From NCBI GenBank assembly GCA_963834865.1, contig CAWIDK010000003.1, positions 1 through 64,000 of the forward strand: a DNA stretch of 64,000 nt. Reading direction: 5' to 3'. Both the position numbers and the translations under genes were made by a program. Shown here one piece after another: positions 21,701 to 32,700 of the stretch. Numbering within the stretch: the first letter of the stretch is position 1; the number at the start of each line of letters is the position of its first letter. The notes under the pieces were generated by a model. That model saw only the letters and a program-made list of their open reading frames with translations. It did no database searches and had not been told where the DNA came from. This DNA is from an uncultured Gemmataceae bacterium (GTDB lineage Bacteria > Planctomycetota > Planctomycetia > Gemmatales > Gemmataceae).

Positions 21701-24700
21701 GCGGTGGCGGCGGTGCCGGACTCGGCGGCGCTATTTTCAATCAAGGCGCTCTCCATCTGGTGGGCGTCACTTTCACCGAGAATACCGCCCAGGGCGGCAA
21801 CGGCGGCGCCGGTCCCATAGAGCTATACGGCAGCGGCGGGGGCGGCGGGGGCCTTGGTGGTGACGGCGGCAGCGGTGTGCTTACTACGCTTCTTGCCGGC
21901 GGCGGTGGGGGCGGCGGGTTTACCAGCGCCGGCGCCGCGGGCACAGCCTCTTTCGGCGCGGCGGGCGGTAACGGCGTGCAAGGTGACGAAGGCGCGGGAA
22001 ACGGGGCCGTTAGCTCCTTTGGTGGAGATGGCGGTGCAGCTAACACCGACGGATTTGCTGACGGTGGTAGCGGCGGCGGCTTTGGAACCACCGATACGAA
22101 CTTCGGGTCGTACGCCGGCGCCGGCAAAGGCGGCTTCGGCTCAGGGTCAGGTGACGGCGGCGATGGCGGTGGCTTTACCGAGTCCGGTGACGCTGGTGGT
22201 GGCGGTGGTGCGTTCGGCGGCGGCGGTGGCGGTGGACTCGACGGTAGTGGTGGGGGAGGCGGCATCGGTGGCGGCGGGGGCGGCGGCAGCGTCTACTTTA
22301 CCGAGCCCGGCGCCATCGAGGCGGCGGCTGGAGGCGGCGGCGGGTTCGGTGGCGGGGGTGGCGGTCTCGCCGGCGCTGGGGGCTTCGGTGGGGGCGGCGG
22401 CGGCGGGCCCGTCATCGGTGGCATCCCTGACGCTGGTTTCGGCGCCGGCGCCGGCAGCCAGAGCGGTGGCGGCGGAGGCGGCGGTGGCGGCGCGGGCCTC
22501 GGCGGCGCTGTCTTTAATATGTTCGGCACCCTGAATGTCACGAACTCCACGCTCGCCGTCAACACCGCTCAGGGGGGTATGGCCAGCTCAGGCGGCACGG
22601 GCGGCAATGGGTTTGGTGGCGCCGTCTTTAACCTCGACGGGGCGGTGACACTGATCAACGACACCCTCGCCGGCAACCATGTCGGTGGCGGGACCGACAA
22701 CAGCGGCGACGCCAACGATCTGTACAATCTCGCCTTCGGCAACAACCTCACCACCGGCGGGCCCCTTTCGGCGAATGTCAGTCTGACCAACGACATCCTT
22801 GCCGGCGCGAGCCCAGCCGGCACGAGCGGCAGCAACGACCTCGTCTACGACCAAGAAAGCGCCCAGGACTCGGGCATTATCACCGCGAAGGGCCTGAACC
22901 TCATCCAGGACGGCGACAACCCCCTCCTCTCGGGCCCCAACTATATCAATGCCAATCCCATGCTGGGCCCCTTGCAAAACAACGGCGGCCCAACACCCAC
23001 GATGGAAGTCCTCGCCGGCAGTCCGCTCCTCCTTCCGGCGTACTCGGGTGTGCTCCCTTCGTCCGATCCGACCTCTTTCGGTTACGGCGTGCCCAGCAGC
23101 GATCAGCGCGGCGTTTCCAGAGGAAACACCACCAATATCATTGGCGCCTACCAGGCCACCACGGCCACCCAGTTCGGCGTCACCGGCTTCCCCGACGGGC
23201 TCAACAGTCAGCTGGCCAGTGCTGGTACGGCGTATCCCTTCACGGTCACGGCCGAGGACCCATTCGGCAAAACCGTGTACGACTACGCGGGAACGGTGTC
23301 GGTGCAGTCCACCGACCCAGCCGCCAGCTTCTTGCTCAGCTCCCAGACGATCACGGCCGCCGACGGCGGCGTGGCGACATTCGAGGGTACGCTGGCCACC
23401 CCCGGCGTGCAAGCGATTACCGCCGAGGGAGGCACCATCACGGGCGACGAAGCGCCCATCGTGGTCATCGCCGCCGTCCCGGCCACGCAGCTGGCTTATC
23501 CGACGGCTGCCCAAACCGCCGCGAGCGGCGACATCGCGCCGCCGCCGGCGGTCACCACGGGGCAGGCGTTCGGTTTCGAGGTCTATGCGGAAGGCGCCAA
23601 CGACAGCGTGGTCACGAGCGGCAGCTCGACGGTGATCGCGACCATCACCGGCCCGCAGTTCCCGTCGGGCGAGTCGATCCCCGAACCGGTCACGGGCGGC
23701 AAGGCGAGCTTCAGCGGCCTGTTATTCTCTCAGACGGGCACGTATACGCTGAGCCTCGCCGACGCGGAGAACGGCGGCTTGACCCCGCCGGCGCCCGTGA
23801 CCATCACCGTGGGGCTGCCGTCGGATATGATCCCCGCGAAGCTGGTGATTGTCGGCGCCGACAGCCTGAACAGCCCGATCAACAGCTCTGCTCAAACTGC
23901 GCTGGTGGTCGAGGTGGAGAATGCCGAGGGCGACCCGATTCCCAACCTGTATCAGGTCCAGTTCACCGCGCCGACCAGCGGCGCCTCGGCCACGTTCCCG
24001 ACTGCCGTTGTGCCCGCCGGCGCTGGCGGTGAAGCAGCCGCCCTGCCGACCGCCAATGGCGTACAGGGGATGGATTACACGGTGACGGCCAGCCTGGCGA
24101 ACGCCCCGCCGGGCGTAACCGTCCCGACCGCGCATTTCATGATGAGCAACACCGCGGTGCCGAAGTCGATCACGTTCATCGGCGCTGTGAATCCGCTGGC
24201 GCCGGCCGGGACAGATTTCGTCAGCCCCGAGGTAGAAGTGCTTGACACCAACGGCAATCCCGTGGGTGGCGTCACCGTAACCTTCGCCCTGCCCCCCATG
24301 TTGAGCGGCGTTGCGGGTGCCACCGCCAACGGCTCGTTGGCGGTCACCACGGGCGCGTTGGGGAGCGCGTCGTTTGGCAAGGCGACCGCGCCGACGTTAG
24401 TGGCCAACATGTATTCGGGGACCTGGACTCTCAACGCCTCCGTCAGCGATATACCGAGCCCAGCCACGCTCACGATGACCAACGGGCCGGCGCCCATCAA
24501 GACACTGGCGGTGCTCGACTCCTCGGGCCAGCCACAAACGCTCGAAAGCTCACTGAACACTGTTGTCGGCACCGCCTTCGTCACGCCGCTCATCGTCCAG
24601 GTGGTCAATACCTTCGGCAACGGCGTGAACGGCATACCGGTGAAGTTCAGCGTCTCCCCAGCGGCGGACGGCGCCAGCGCTACCTTGAGCAACACGACCG

Positions 24701-26172
24701 TTACCAGTGCCTCGATGTTGCTCAATGGAAAGGTCGTCGTTGGCGTCGCCGAGGTGACGGCCACCGCGAACCTGGTGGCGAATCCGTTTTCGGCATATAC
24801 GGTTACCGCCAGCTACGGACCCCTGCAAACGCCCTTCGGCCTGGGCAATAGCCCTGGGCCGTTCGCCAAGCTCGTCTATGTCAGCGATTCACCCCCTACA
24901 GCGGTCGGCACTGCCTTCCCCGACCCGTTGATCGTCGAGGCCGAGGACCAGTATGGCAACGGCATCTACAGCAATCTTCCCACGGTGACATTCACCGCGC
25001 CGAGCAAGGGCGCCAGCGCCACGTTCACCGCAAACAACTTTGTCGAGAATCAGCCCGGTCAGATCGACGTGACCGCCACGGCGAACGATATCGCCAGCGC
25101 CATCAGCGGCTACACCGTCTCGGCGTCGGCGACCTTGCCGTCCGGCAAGACCATCACCGCCTCACCGAGCCCGGGGTTCTCGCTTTTCAACACGCCGGGA
25201 ACGCCCACGATCAAGTCGATCCAGTTTTCCAGCCCGGAAGTCGGCCCTGGACAGGCGTTTGGCTCACTGGCGGCCACGATCGACGACCCATATGGCAACT
25301 TGGTCCCCGACGCCCGGGTCACGTTCACCGTAAACGCGGCCAATGGTGTCTTTTATGCCTCGTTCTCTGGGGGGACGGAAACGCAAACCGTCACAACCAA
25401 TACCCAGGGCGTGGCAAAGGCACCAACTCTCACCGCCGCGACGTTCACAAAAAAACACGCCAGCGGTGCCTTCTCCTTCACGGTGTCTGCCTCCATCGGC
25501 GCTTCGACGGCAACATACAACCTGCAGGAAATAATCAATGACCCCGCGGTCAGTCCGCCGCAGAGCGCCACGGTCGGCCGGCCGTATGTCAAGGCACTGG
25601 ATGCTGTCGTTACCAACCCGGATCACATGCCCGTGGCCGGCGTGCCGGTGACGTTCACCGCGCCAGCCACCGGACCAAGCGGCACGTTCAACGGTGCGCG
25701 GTGCGTGACCGTCCGCACCAACGCCGACGGCATCGCCACCGCCCCGGCGTTCACCGCCAACACGCAGGCCGGCAGCTTCCAGGTGACGGTCGCGACCCAA
25801 GGCGTGCCGAACCTCGACTTCATCAGCTTGACCAATCTGGCCGGCCCGCCGGCCAAGCTTGCCATCGCGAGCGGCCAGGGCGAGCAAGCCGCCGCCAACA
25901 CCGCCTTCGCCGTGCCGCTCGCCGTGTACGTGACGGATGCGTTCGGCAACCCGATTGCGGGCGCTCCGCTCACGTTCACCGTGCAGCCCAATCCGACGAT
26001 CGGCGCCGCGGCGGTATTCGGCAGCGTGACCGCCTTGGCGGTTCGCACGGACGCCAGCGGCCTGGCCAGCGCCCCGACGCTGGCGGCGAACAGCAAGCGC
26101 GGCAGCTTCCGCGTGACGGTGTCGATCGCCAGCGGCGCCGCGCAGGCGACGATTGACTTGACGATCGTGTAG
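18777..26172 (+). CDS. Giant secreted adhesin-like protein (~2460 aa) with beta-helix repeat regions, an FN3 domain, a Gly-rich Pmp-like region and about 8 Big_1/invasin-like Ig domains. One frameshift near 19385.
   Basis: Shine-Dalgarno gaggag 8 nt upstream of the ATG at 18777. N-terminal LERLEDRLAPA motif. FN3 segment PAAPTNFRVTAVTATSISFSWTANDP..YRFQVRADNAAGGS. Repeated VTFTAP..GASATF Ig-like units at 23.2-26.1 kb. Frames 18771.. and 19810.. are contiguous apart from a 1-nt indel. Confidence 0.8.
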
Positions 26173-26195
26173 CGGCCGATTGTCAACGAGCCGAA

Positions 26196-26240
26196 TAATC
26201 GACGGCCTGAGCGCCCTGGCCGACGTCACCGTGGTCGCGT
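26196..26240 (+). pseudogene. Relic 3' end of a paralog A/B/C-type gene (encodes ..DGLSALADVTVVA*) stranded immediately after the giant gene stop.
   Basis: gacggcctgagcgccctggccgacgtcaccgtggtcgcgtgaacgg matches the C-terminal codons plus stop plus downstream bases of paralog C (gacggcctgagcgccgaggccaacgtcactctggtggcgtga) and paralog B (ctggtcgcgtgaacggc). Confidence 0.5.
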
Positions 26241-26333
26241 GAACGGCATCGACTCAGCCAGCCCCGGCAACGGATCCGCGCCGGGGACCGCTGGCCTTGC
26301 GCGGATCGCTTCTCTCCCAGAAGGACGTGTATC

Positions 26334-28202
26334 ATGTTGTTGGCATCCTTGTTTCAACGGTTGACTGCCACTCGGTCGCGGCGCCGCGGATCGGGCCCCG
26401 CCCTCTCGCGGCGCTCGGTCCTACCGCGCCTGCAAGTGCTGGAGGACCGGAGCTTGCCCAGCACCTACCCGGTGACCAACCTGCTCGACGGCCCCGCCGG
26501 CTCGCTGCGGGCGGCCATCCTGTCCGGCGACGATACCATCGTCTTCGCGCCGGGGCTGCACGGCACCATCACGCTGGGCAGCGAATTGCCGATCAACCAC
26601 AGCGTGACCATCAACGGCCCGGGGGCGGTTCGGCTTTCCGTCAGCGGCAATGGCGCCGGCCGAGTCTTTGATATCAGCGGCAGCGCCAATGTGAACATCT
26701 CCGGACTGACCATCACCGACGGCTTGGCGACCGCCGGGGGCGGCATCCTACTCGACGGCAGCGCGGCCCTCAGCATCAGCCATTGCACGTTATCCGGCAA
26801 CGAGGCCAAGGGCAGCTTGGCCGGCAGCGTGACGGTCCCTGATGGGGACGGCGGCGGTATCGAGGACAACTCGTCAGCAGCGCTGACGGTCACCAGCTGC
26901 ACCTTCGACTCCAACATGGCCGTCGCCCGCGGTCCCAATGCTCCGCTCGTTCCCGGCTACATCCTCGCGCTGGGCGGTGCCATCGACCTGTCGGCCTACA
27001 GCACCGGCACGGCCACGATCAGCGACAGCACCTTTACCGGTAACCACGCGCTCGGCGGCGTCGCCGGCGCCAGTGCCGGTGGCGGTGCGCTCAGCGATTC
27101 CAGCATCACGATTGGTGCGACGGCGAACATGACCGTCCAGGGCTGCACGCTCAACGGCAACTCAGCCATCGGTGTCGCCGGCGGTGTCGGCACGGCTGCT
27201 TCGCCGAACTTTGGCTCCGGACAGGGCGGCGCGATCAACAACTTCGCGAACCTGGTCGTTCGCGATTCGACGATCACCGGCAACTGGGCCCAGGGCACGC
27301 CGCTGGCCCCTGGCGTCGCTCCATCGCAGAGCAGCAACAGCGGCAGCTCGGTCGCCGGCGGCGGCATCTTCGAACTCTCCAACTTCCTCCCCAACGGCAC
27401 CCTCCTGCCCGCCAGTATGACCGTTGCCGATTGTACGCTCGCCGGCAATCAGGCTGTCGGCGGCGCCGGATCGGCCGGGGACGCCGCGAATCCCCCCAGC
27501 GCCGGCAGTGTCGGGGAAGGGGGCGGTATCTCCGTCGTCGTCTTCTCTTCGGCTCAGGTGTCCGGCTGCACGCTCGTGGACAACGTCGCTCAAGGCGGCG
27601 CCGGCGGCGGCCACGGCGCCGTGGGCGGCGACGGCGTGAGCGGCGGCATCGACATCGCAGTCGACTCGTCCGTAATGGTCAGCAACACCACTCTCATTGG
27701 CAACCAGGCCATCGGCGGGGCCGCCGGCGCCGGCGCCGCGGGCGGGGCCGGCGTGGGCGGCGGCATCGACGTCGGCAGCGGCGCCCTCGTAGGTTTTAAC
27801 CCGGACAATTGTTCTCTGACGCTGACCGGCGGCATCTTCCTTGGCAATCAGGCCATCGGCGGCGCCGGCGGCGCGGGCAGCAACGGCGGCGACGCCTGGG
27901 GCGGCGGCCTGTCGGTCTTGACGGGCAGCACCGCCGGCATCAGCACCAGCGCGCTTACCCTCAACGTGGCCCAGGGCGGCGCCGCTGGGACGGGCGGCAC
28001 CGGCGGCGACGGCCTGGGCGCCGGCGCCTACAACGGCACTGCCGCGACCCTGACGCTGACGACTGATCTGGTGACCCTGAACGATGCCAACGGCTCGCCG
28101 GGCATCGGCGGCGGCGTCTACACGATTGGGACGTTCACCGATTCCCTGACCCTCATCGTCTTCAACCACGCCTCCACGAGCCACAACGACATTGGCCCGT
28201 AG
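26334..28202 (+). CDS. Secreted right-handed beta-helix repeat protein (622 aa), intact.
   Basis: Shine-Dalgarno aagga upstream. N-terminal RSRRRGS..LQVLEDRSLPS motif. PbH1-like repeats (ISGLTITDG.., SISHCTLSGNEA..). Gly-rich C-terminal half. Confidence 0.8.
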   Translation: MLLASLFQRLTATRSRRRGSGPALSRRSVLPRLQVLEDRSLPSTYPVTNLLDGPAGSLRAAILSGDDTIVFAPGLHGTITLGSELPINHSVTINGPGAVRLSVSGNGAGRVFDISGSANVNISGLTITDGLATAGGGILLDGSAALSISHCTLSGNEAKGSLAGSVTVPDGDGGGIEDNSSAALTVTSCTFDSNMAVARGPNAPLVPGYILALGGAIDLSAYSTGTATISDSTFTGNHALGGVAGASAGGGALSDSSITIGATANMTVQGCTLNGNSAIGVAGGVGTAASPNFGSGQGGAINNFANLVVRDSTITGNWAQGTPLAPGVAPSQSSNSGSSVAGGGIFELSNFLPNGTLLPASMTVADCTLAGNQAVGGAGSAGDAANPPSAGSVGEGGGISVVVFSSAQVSGCTLVDNVAQGGAGGGHGAVGGDGVSGGIDIAVDSSVMVSNTTLIGNQAIGGAAGAGAAGGAGVGGGIDVGSGALVGFNPDNCSLTLTGGIFLGNQAIGGAGGAGSNGGDAWGGGLSVLTGSTAGISTSALTLNVAQGGAAGTGGTGGDGLGAGAYNGTAATLTLTTDLVTLNDANGSPGIGGGVYTIGTFTDSLTLIVFNHASTSHNDIGP

Positions 28203-28307
28203 CGCGGTCGTTGCCAAATGCCAGGCCGGTCCTCGCACGGAAACACCTGGACCGCAATCAGCGGTGGCGTGTAACTCGGCGCACTGCCGCAAGCTCTTGG
28301 TACTTCA

Positions 28308-28892
28308 TCATCTGGATGGCAGAGTTACACGCCAACGCCTCGGCGTGTAACTCCCCCGGTCCGCCTCAGGAAGTGCGATGGGCGTGACAATCGACTCGAC
28401 GGTCACGAACTGAGTGGTTGGCCGGCACCTGACTCGGTTCAGGTTTGCCCACGTCTTCCTCACGCGCATCTTTCTGATAAACTGCCAGCGCCCGATCGGC
28501 TTGCGACCTACCTGCACTGGCAGGGTCAAACGCCGACAACGGCAGACAACCGCCCCCAACACGTCAAGGGGGTCATTCCCCAAGCATCGCTGAAGTCGCT
28601 TCAGAACAAGGCGAAAAAGCCCATCGGTGCCATAATCCGTGCCCATCGCCAGAATCGTCTGCATCTGCTTGGCAAGCGTTCGGCTGTCGTCGGCGATTAC
28701 TTTCAGTTGCTCGGCCATCAGGTCGGCGACGCGCGGGGAGAGATCGGGCCGATCGCCATCCCTGGGTTGGCGCGCCCGCGGGCTCCGTTTCGCGGCGAAG
28801 CGCGAGGGCGGCCTCCCCTTGAAGCGTTCATTTCCACGCACGGGGAGGGCGGGGAGCGTCGGAAAGCACACCCCGGCTTCCATCGGCCGCAT
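28308..28892 (-). CDS. Doubtful ORF (hypothetical, 194 aa) within a 1.6-kb region of low coding evidence.
   Basis: Open frames exist on both strands here (expected in 68% GC DNA). No motifs or start signals. Listed only for completeness. Confidence 0.15.
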   Translation of the reverse strand: MRPMEAGVCFPTLPALPVRGNERFKGRPPSRFAAKRSPRARQPRDGDRPDLSPRVADLMAEQLKVIADDSRTLAKQMQTILAMGTDYGTDGLFRLVLKRLQRCLGNDPLDVLGAVVCRCRRLTLPVQVGRKPIGRWQFIRKMRVRKTWANLNRVRCRPTTQFVTVESIVTPIALPEADRGSYTPRRWRVTLPSR

Positions 28893-29422
28893 ACAATGGT
28901 GACGTCACGGAACTCTCGGCCCGTTGTTGGCAATCGCTGCCAACGGGCCAACGGGCCGAAGCGTTGACAAACTCGTTGCGATGCGCTAAGATTCGCACAT
29001 AGGGCATTATTCACAAACGCGACGGGTTCCGTGACGGCACCTCTCGCCTCTTGGCGGCAAGTTCCCAAGAAAAAATGAACCAGTGATTCCCTTTTTGCGG
29101 CTCGCGCGCCCGTCGCTCGCTCGGCTTCAAAAGAAGCATCCCGCAGGATTCGTGAGTTCGGCGCGGACAAAGGTGCGAGAAAAACGCTCCGGTTCCACCT
29201 GTCCAACGACCGGGTACGCCGCAACCTCGCGTTGTTCGACGCGGCGCTGGCGTCAGGGCATCGTGCGGAACGGGCGACGCGCTCAGCCGCCGCCGTGCGG
29301 GCATTGGGCCGGGCGGAGCGACGGCACGGCCTGGCTGCGTGGGGCTCGCCGAGCGGCTGGTCGTCGCCCGCACTGTGCACGCAGGCATAGGGGCGGATTC
29401 CAAAAAAATCTGCAAGAAAGAT

Positions 29423-29451
29423 TTGACAGCGGCACTTTCGTCAATTAAGGT
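29423..29451 (+). promoter_or_regulatory. Near-consensus sigma-70-type promoter (TTGACA-N17-TAAGGT) about 345 bp upstream of the giant gene.
   Basis: TTGACA at 29423..29428, a 17-nt spacer and TAAGGT at 29446..29451, inside the most AT-rich patch of an otherwise non-coding 1.6-kb region. Confidence 0.4.
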
Positions 29452-29796
29452 AAAGTCTGCCGATTTCCCACATTTTGCTGCCGGGTCCGGAAAAGGACCC
29501 ACTCCGGGCGGAGGGTGATGAGGCGAACCCTGCCTGGTGCCGGCGGTGCTGTCGCGCGTAGCCCGCATTTCGGGGCGAGTGCGGTGGCATCGAGACTTAC
29601 CTGCATTGACGCCCGAGTGTGGGAGGGGGATCGATTCCGTCACGTCTGACCTTCGGTTCGGCTTCCTACCAGCGTATGCGAGAAGGTCGGCAGCAGCACG
29701 GAACCGCTGCCTGGGCTTCTTCTTAATTCGCCCCAACTATTGACGGCCGCCGACACTTGGTATGGTGCTGGCCGGACGTTTACCAGGAGCGACAAC

Positions 29797-32700
29797 ATGT
29801 GGATGCGCAACTTTCTCCGCACGTGGCTTGGCCGCCGGCAGAGCCCGATCCAGACCAGGAAAAAAATCACCGCCCGCAGAAAGGGCAAGCCGACGCTGGA
29901 GATGCTGGAAGATCGCCTGGCCCCGGCGACGGTCAGCTACAGCTCGGACGTGCTGTACTTTGTTGCCGCCGCCGGCGAAACCATCACCGTGACGGCGCCC
30001 AGCAACAAGATACAAATCCAGCTCAGCAACACCAGCGACACGATAACTCGTGGCAGCGGCGCTACTAACACCAACAACTTCGCGCTCAGCGACGGCAACC
30101 AAACGCTGACGATCAGCAACGTCACCATCACTACCTTCAACGTGGACCTCGCCAACCAACAAAACACCACCGACACGCTGACGTTTGGGCTGGGGGCCAG
30201 CTCCGGCGTTCCAAATGTGAACATAGGCGCAGGGGCCACCGCCGGCATCCCCCAGACGGACACCGAGGACACCGTCACGCTCACCAGCACGACGATCAGC
30301 GGCAACCTGAACGTGTCTGCGGGGACGATCGACTTTCAGGGGGCGACGAGCGACGTGGCCGCGGACAACGTATCCCTGTCCGCCGTAAACAATCTGACGG
30401 TCCAGACGGGGGCGGTCCCCTATGTAGGGTCCGCGACGATTAACGCCGCCTCCGGCACGGGACAATATGGCGATGATCAATACATCACCGGCCCCGACTG
30501 GGCCGAGTATGGCTATGTGGTTGGCGATACGGTTGCCGTCTCCGGCGTAAACGATGAGTCTGGCTCCGAAGACTTCACCATCGCAGCCATAAACGGGGAC
30601 AACCTGTATCTCATTCCCAACGCTGCCTTCTCTCTCCCGACAGGGACCGACGCCGATGTCACCGTGCAAAAGCCTACTAGCCCCCCTTCCCAGGCGTCCC
30701 AGGCGGCCACCTTTGAAGGGAACGCGACGATTATCAACCTCAATGTCGGTATTATACAAGGCCTTGATGAATTCATCAGCGGCCCCGACTGGGCCTCATA
30801 TGGCTTTGCGGTTGGTGATACGGTTGCCGTCTCCGTAAGCGGTGAGACCGAAGACTTCACCATCACAGACATAAACAGCGACGACCTGTTTCTTGACACT
30901 TCCAGCGCTCTCACGCCAGGGACCGCCAATGTCACCGTGCAACAGCAGGCTGCTACCTTCACTCCCCAAATCACAGCCACCGACACCCTCACGCTGAACC
31001 TAACTGGAGCGGGGAGTGCGTTCTCAGGTGGAATCCAGGCGACGACTCTGGCTGCCACGACCAACAATGGCAACATAACCATGGAAGACATTAGCAGCCT
31101 TAGTGCATTGGAGTTACAGACCCTGAATGCTGGCACTGGGCAGATTCAGCTGGAACGTCTCGGGCACGATCGAGTCGGCGGCAAGCCTGCCGACGGGGGC
31201 CGTCAACCTGACCGCGGGCAGCGTGGAGCTGTATGCCGCCGATTTGGACAACGCGAGCGGCAGTACAGCCGACGAAATTTCGATCGGCCCCCTCACGACC
31301 AACATCGGACAGTTAACGGCGACGACCCCTGACGGGGGCGTCGCCATAACCAATTTGGGTTCAGGACAGCTGACGATCGAATCCATCGCGGCCGACCAGT
31401 ATGGACAGGCTCCGACCGTAGACAATAATCAAGTTGTTTACAACAGCACACCCTACAGTTCCAGCAGTTCCAGTCCCACACCAACTTACAGCCTGGCTCG
31501 AGTGACGTCACGATCGCCAGCACGGGGCCCATCGGACTCAACTCGATTAGCGCCACCGGTTCTGTCACGGTCACCGGTGAGTACATCGTGGAGGGCGATG
31601 GCACATCGCAAGACATCGACGCCCAGAGCGTGGACCTCGATGCAGTCGGCGCTGTGATTGGCGCCCAGGCGGAAGTCACTTTTACCCCGAACGCTACCGG
31701 CGATACGATGGCCCTGGCCACCGGAACCTGGGCCTCGCTTGGCTTTGCCGCGGGTGGTCTGATTACCGTCACCGGCGACGCCAACGCGGCCAACGACGGC
31801 ACCTTCACCATCGCGAGCATCTCTTCGGACGGTTCCACCCTGACTCTGACGGTCAGCAACGTCCTCACCTCGGAGCAGAATGCCGAAGTTGAGGTGGAAA
31901 ATGGGCCGACGGGCAATTACGCGGCGGGCAATTACCAGGGGCAAGTGACTTTTGCCAACAGCTCTACCGGCGATACGCTGACGCTGCCGGACACCGGGCC
32001 CACCTGGGCCGAGCTTGGCTTTTTGAGTGGTATCGCGATGGCCGGTGATGCGATTGTCGTCTCCGGCGCCAGCGAAACGGCCAACGACGCCAGCTTCACC
32101 ATCGCGAGCGTCTCCGGTTACACCCTGACCTTGCAGCAGAGTTATGTCCTTTCCCCGGAGACGGAATCGGACGTTTCGGTGTCAAACGGCATGATCGGGC
32201 TGGTTCGCTCTGCGAATTCTACGAGCACAGCGAGCTCCCCCATTGATCTATATGAGACCAACGACTTCACGGCCACGACGACCAACGGCAGTATCTACCT
32301 GTCGCTGGGTAGTTCTGTTGACAGCACGGCGGTGGACGTCGTTGCGGGTGGGACCGGTAATGTGTCCGTGACGAGTTCGGCCAGCTCCCTGACCATTGAA
32401 AACATCACAGCGAATGGCGCCACAGTAGCAGGCACTTGGATGCTGGGCGGCACCGCTGCCGTGGACGCGAGTGAAGGGTCGTTGCTCGAGTCCGGAAGCC
32501 CCGGCACCATCACCGCCCAGATCGTTTCCTTGACGAGCGCGGAAAACCTCGGCACTTCCTCGTCTCCCTTTCTGACAAGCGCCGTCAGTGGGGTAACCGT
32601 GGACGAGACTGCCACGTCCCCGTCTTCCCCTAGTCCGGTAAACGTGGGGGGTGCTGCGTCCCCGTCTTCCGTCTTCCTCGAAAACACTTCCAGTCTTGCG

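Noticed and set aside
21741-22565. Long minus-strand ORFs encoding poly-proline proteins (PPPPLPPLPPP..) opposite the giant adhesin gene; a similar case at 61224..61477.
   Set aside because: These are antisense read-through of the Gly-rich (GGC)n coding regions of genuine plus-strand and minus-strand genes. They have no independent signals.
28308-28892. Possible transposase or mobile-element gene in the non-coding gap upstream of the giant gene.
   Set aside because: No DDE or HTH transposase motifs, no terminal inverted repeats and no target-site duplication could be identified. Both strands give equally protein-like ORFs. Kept only as a very low-confidence ORF.
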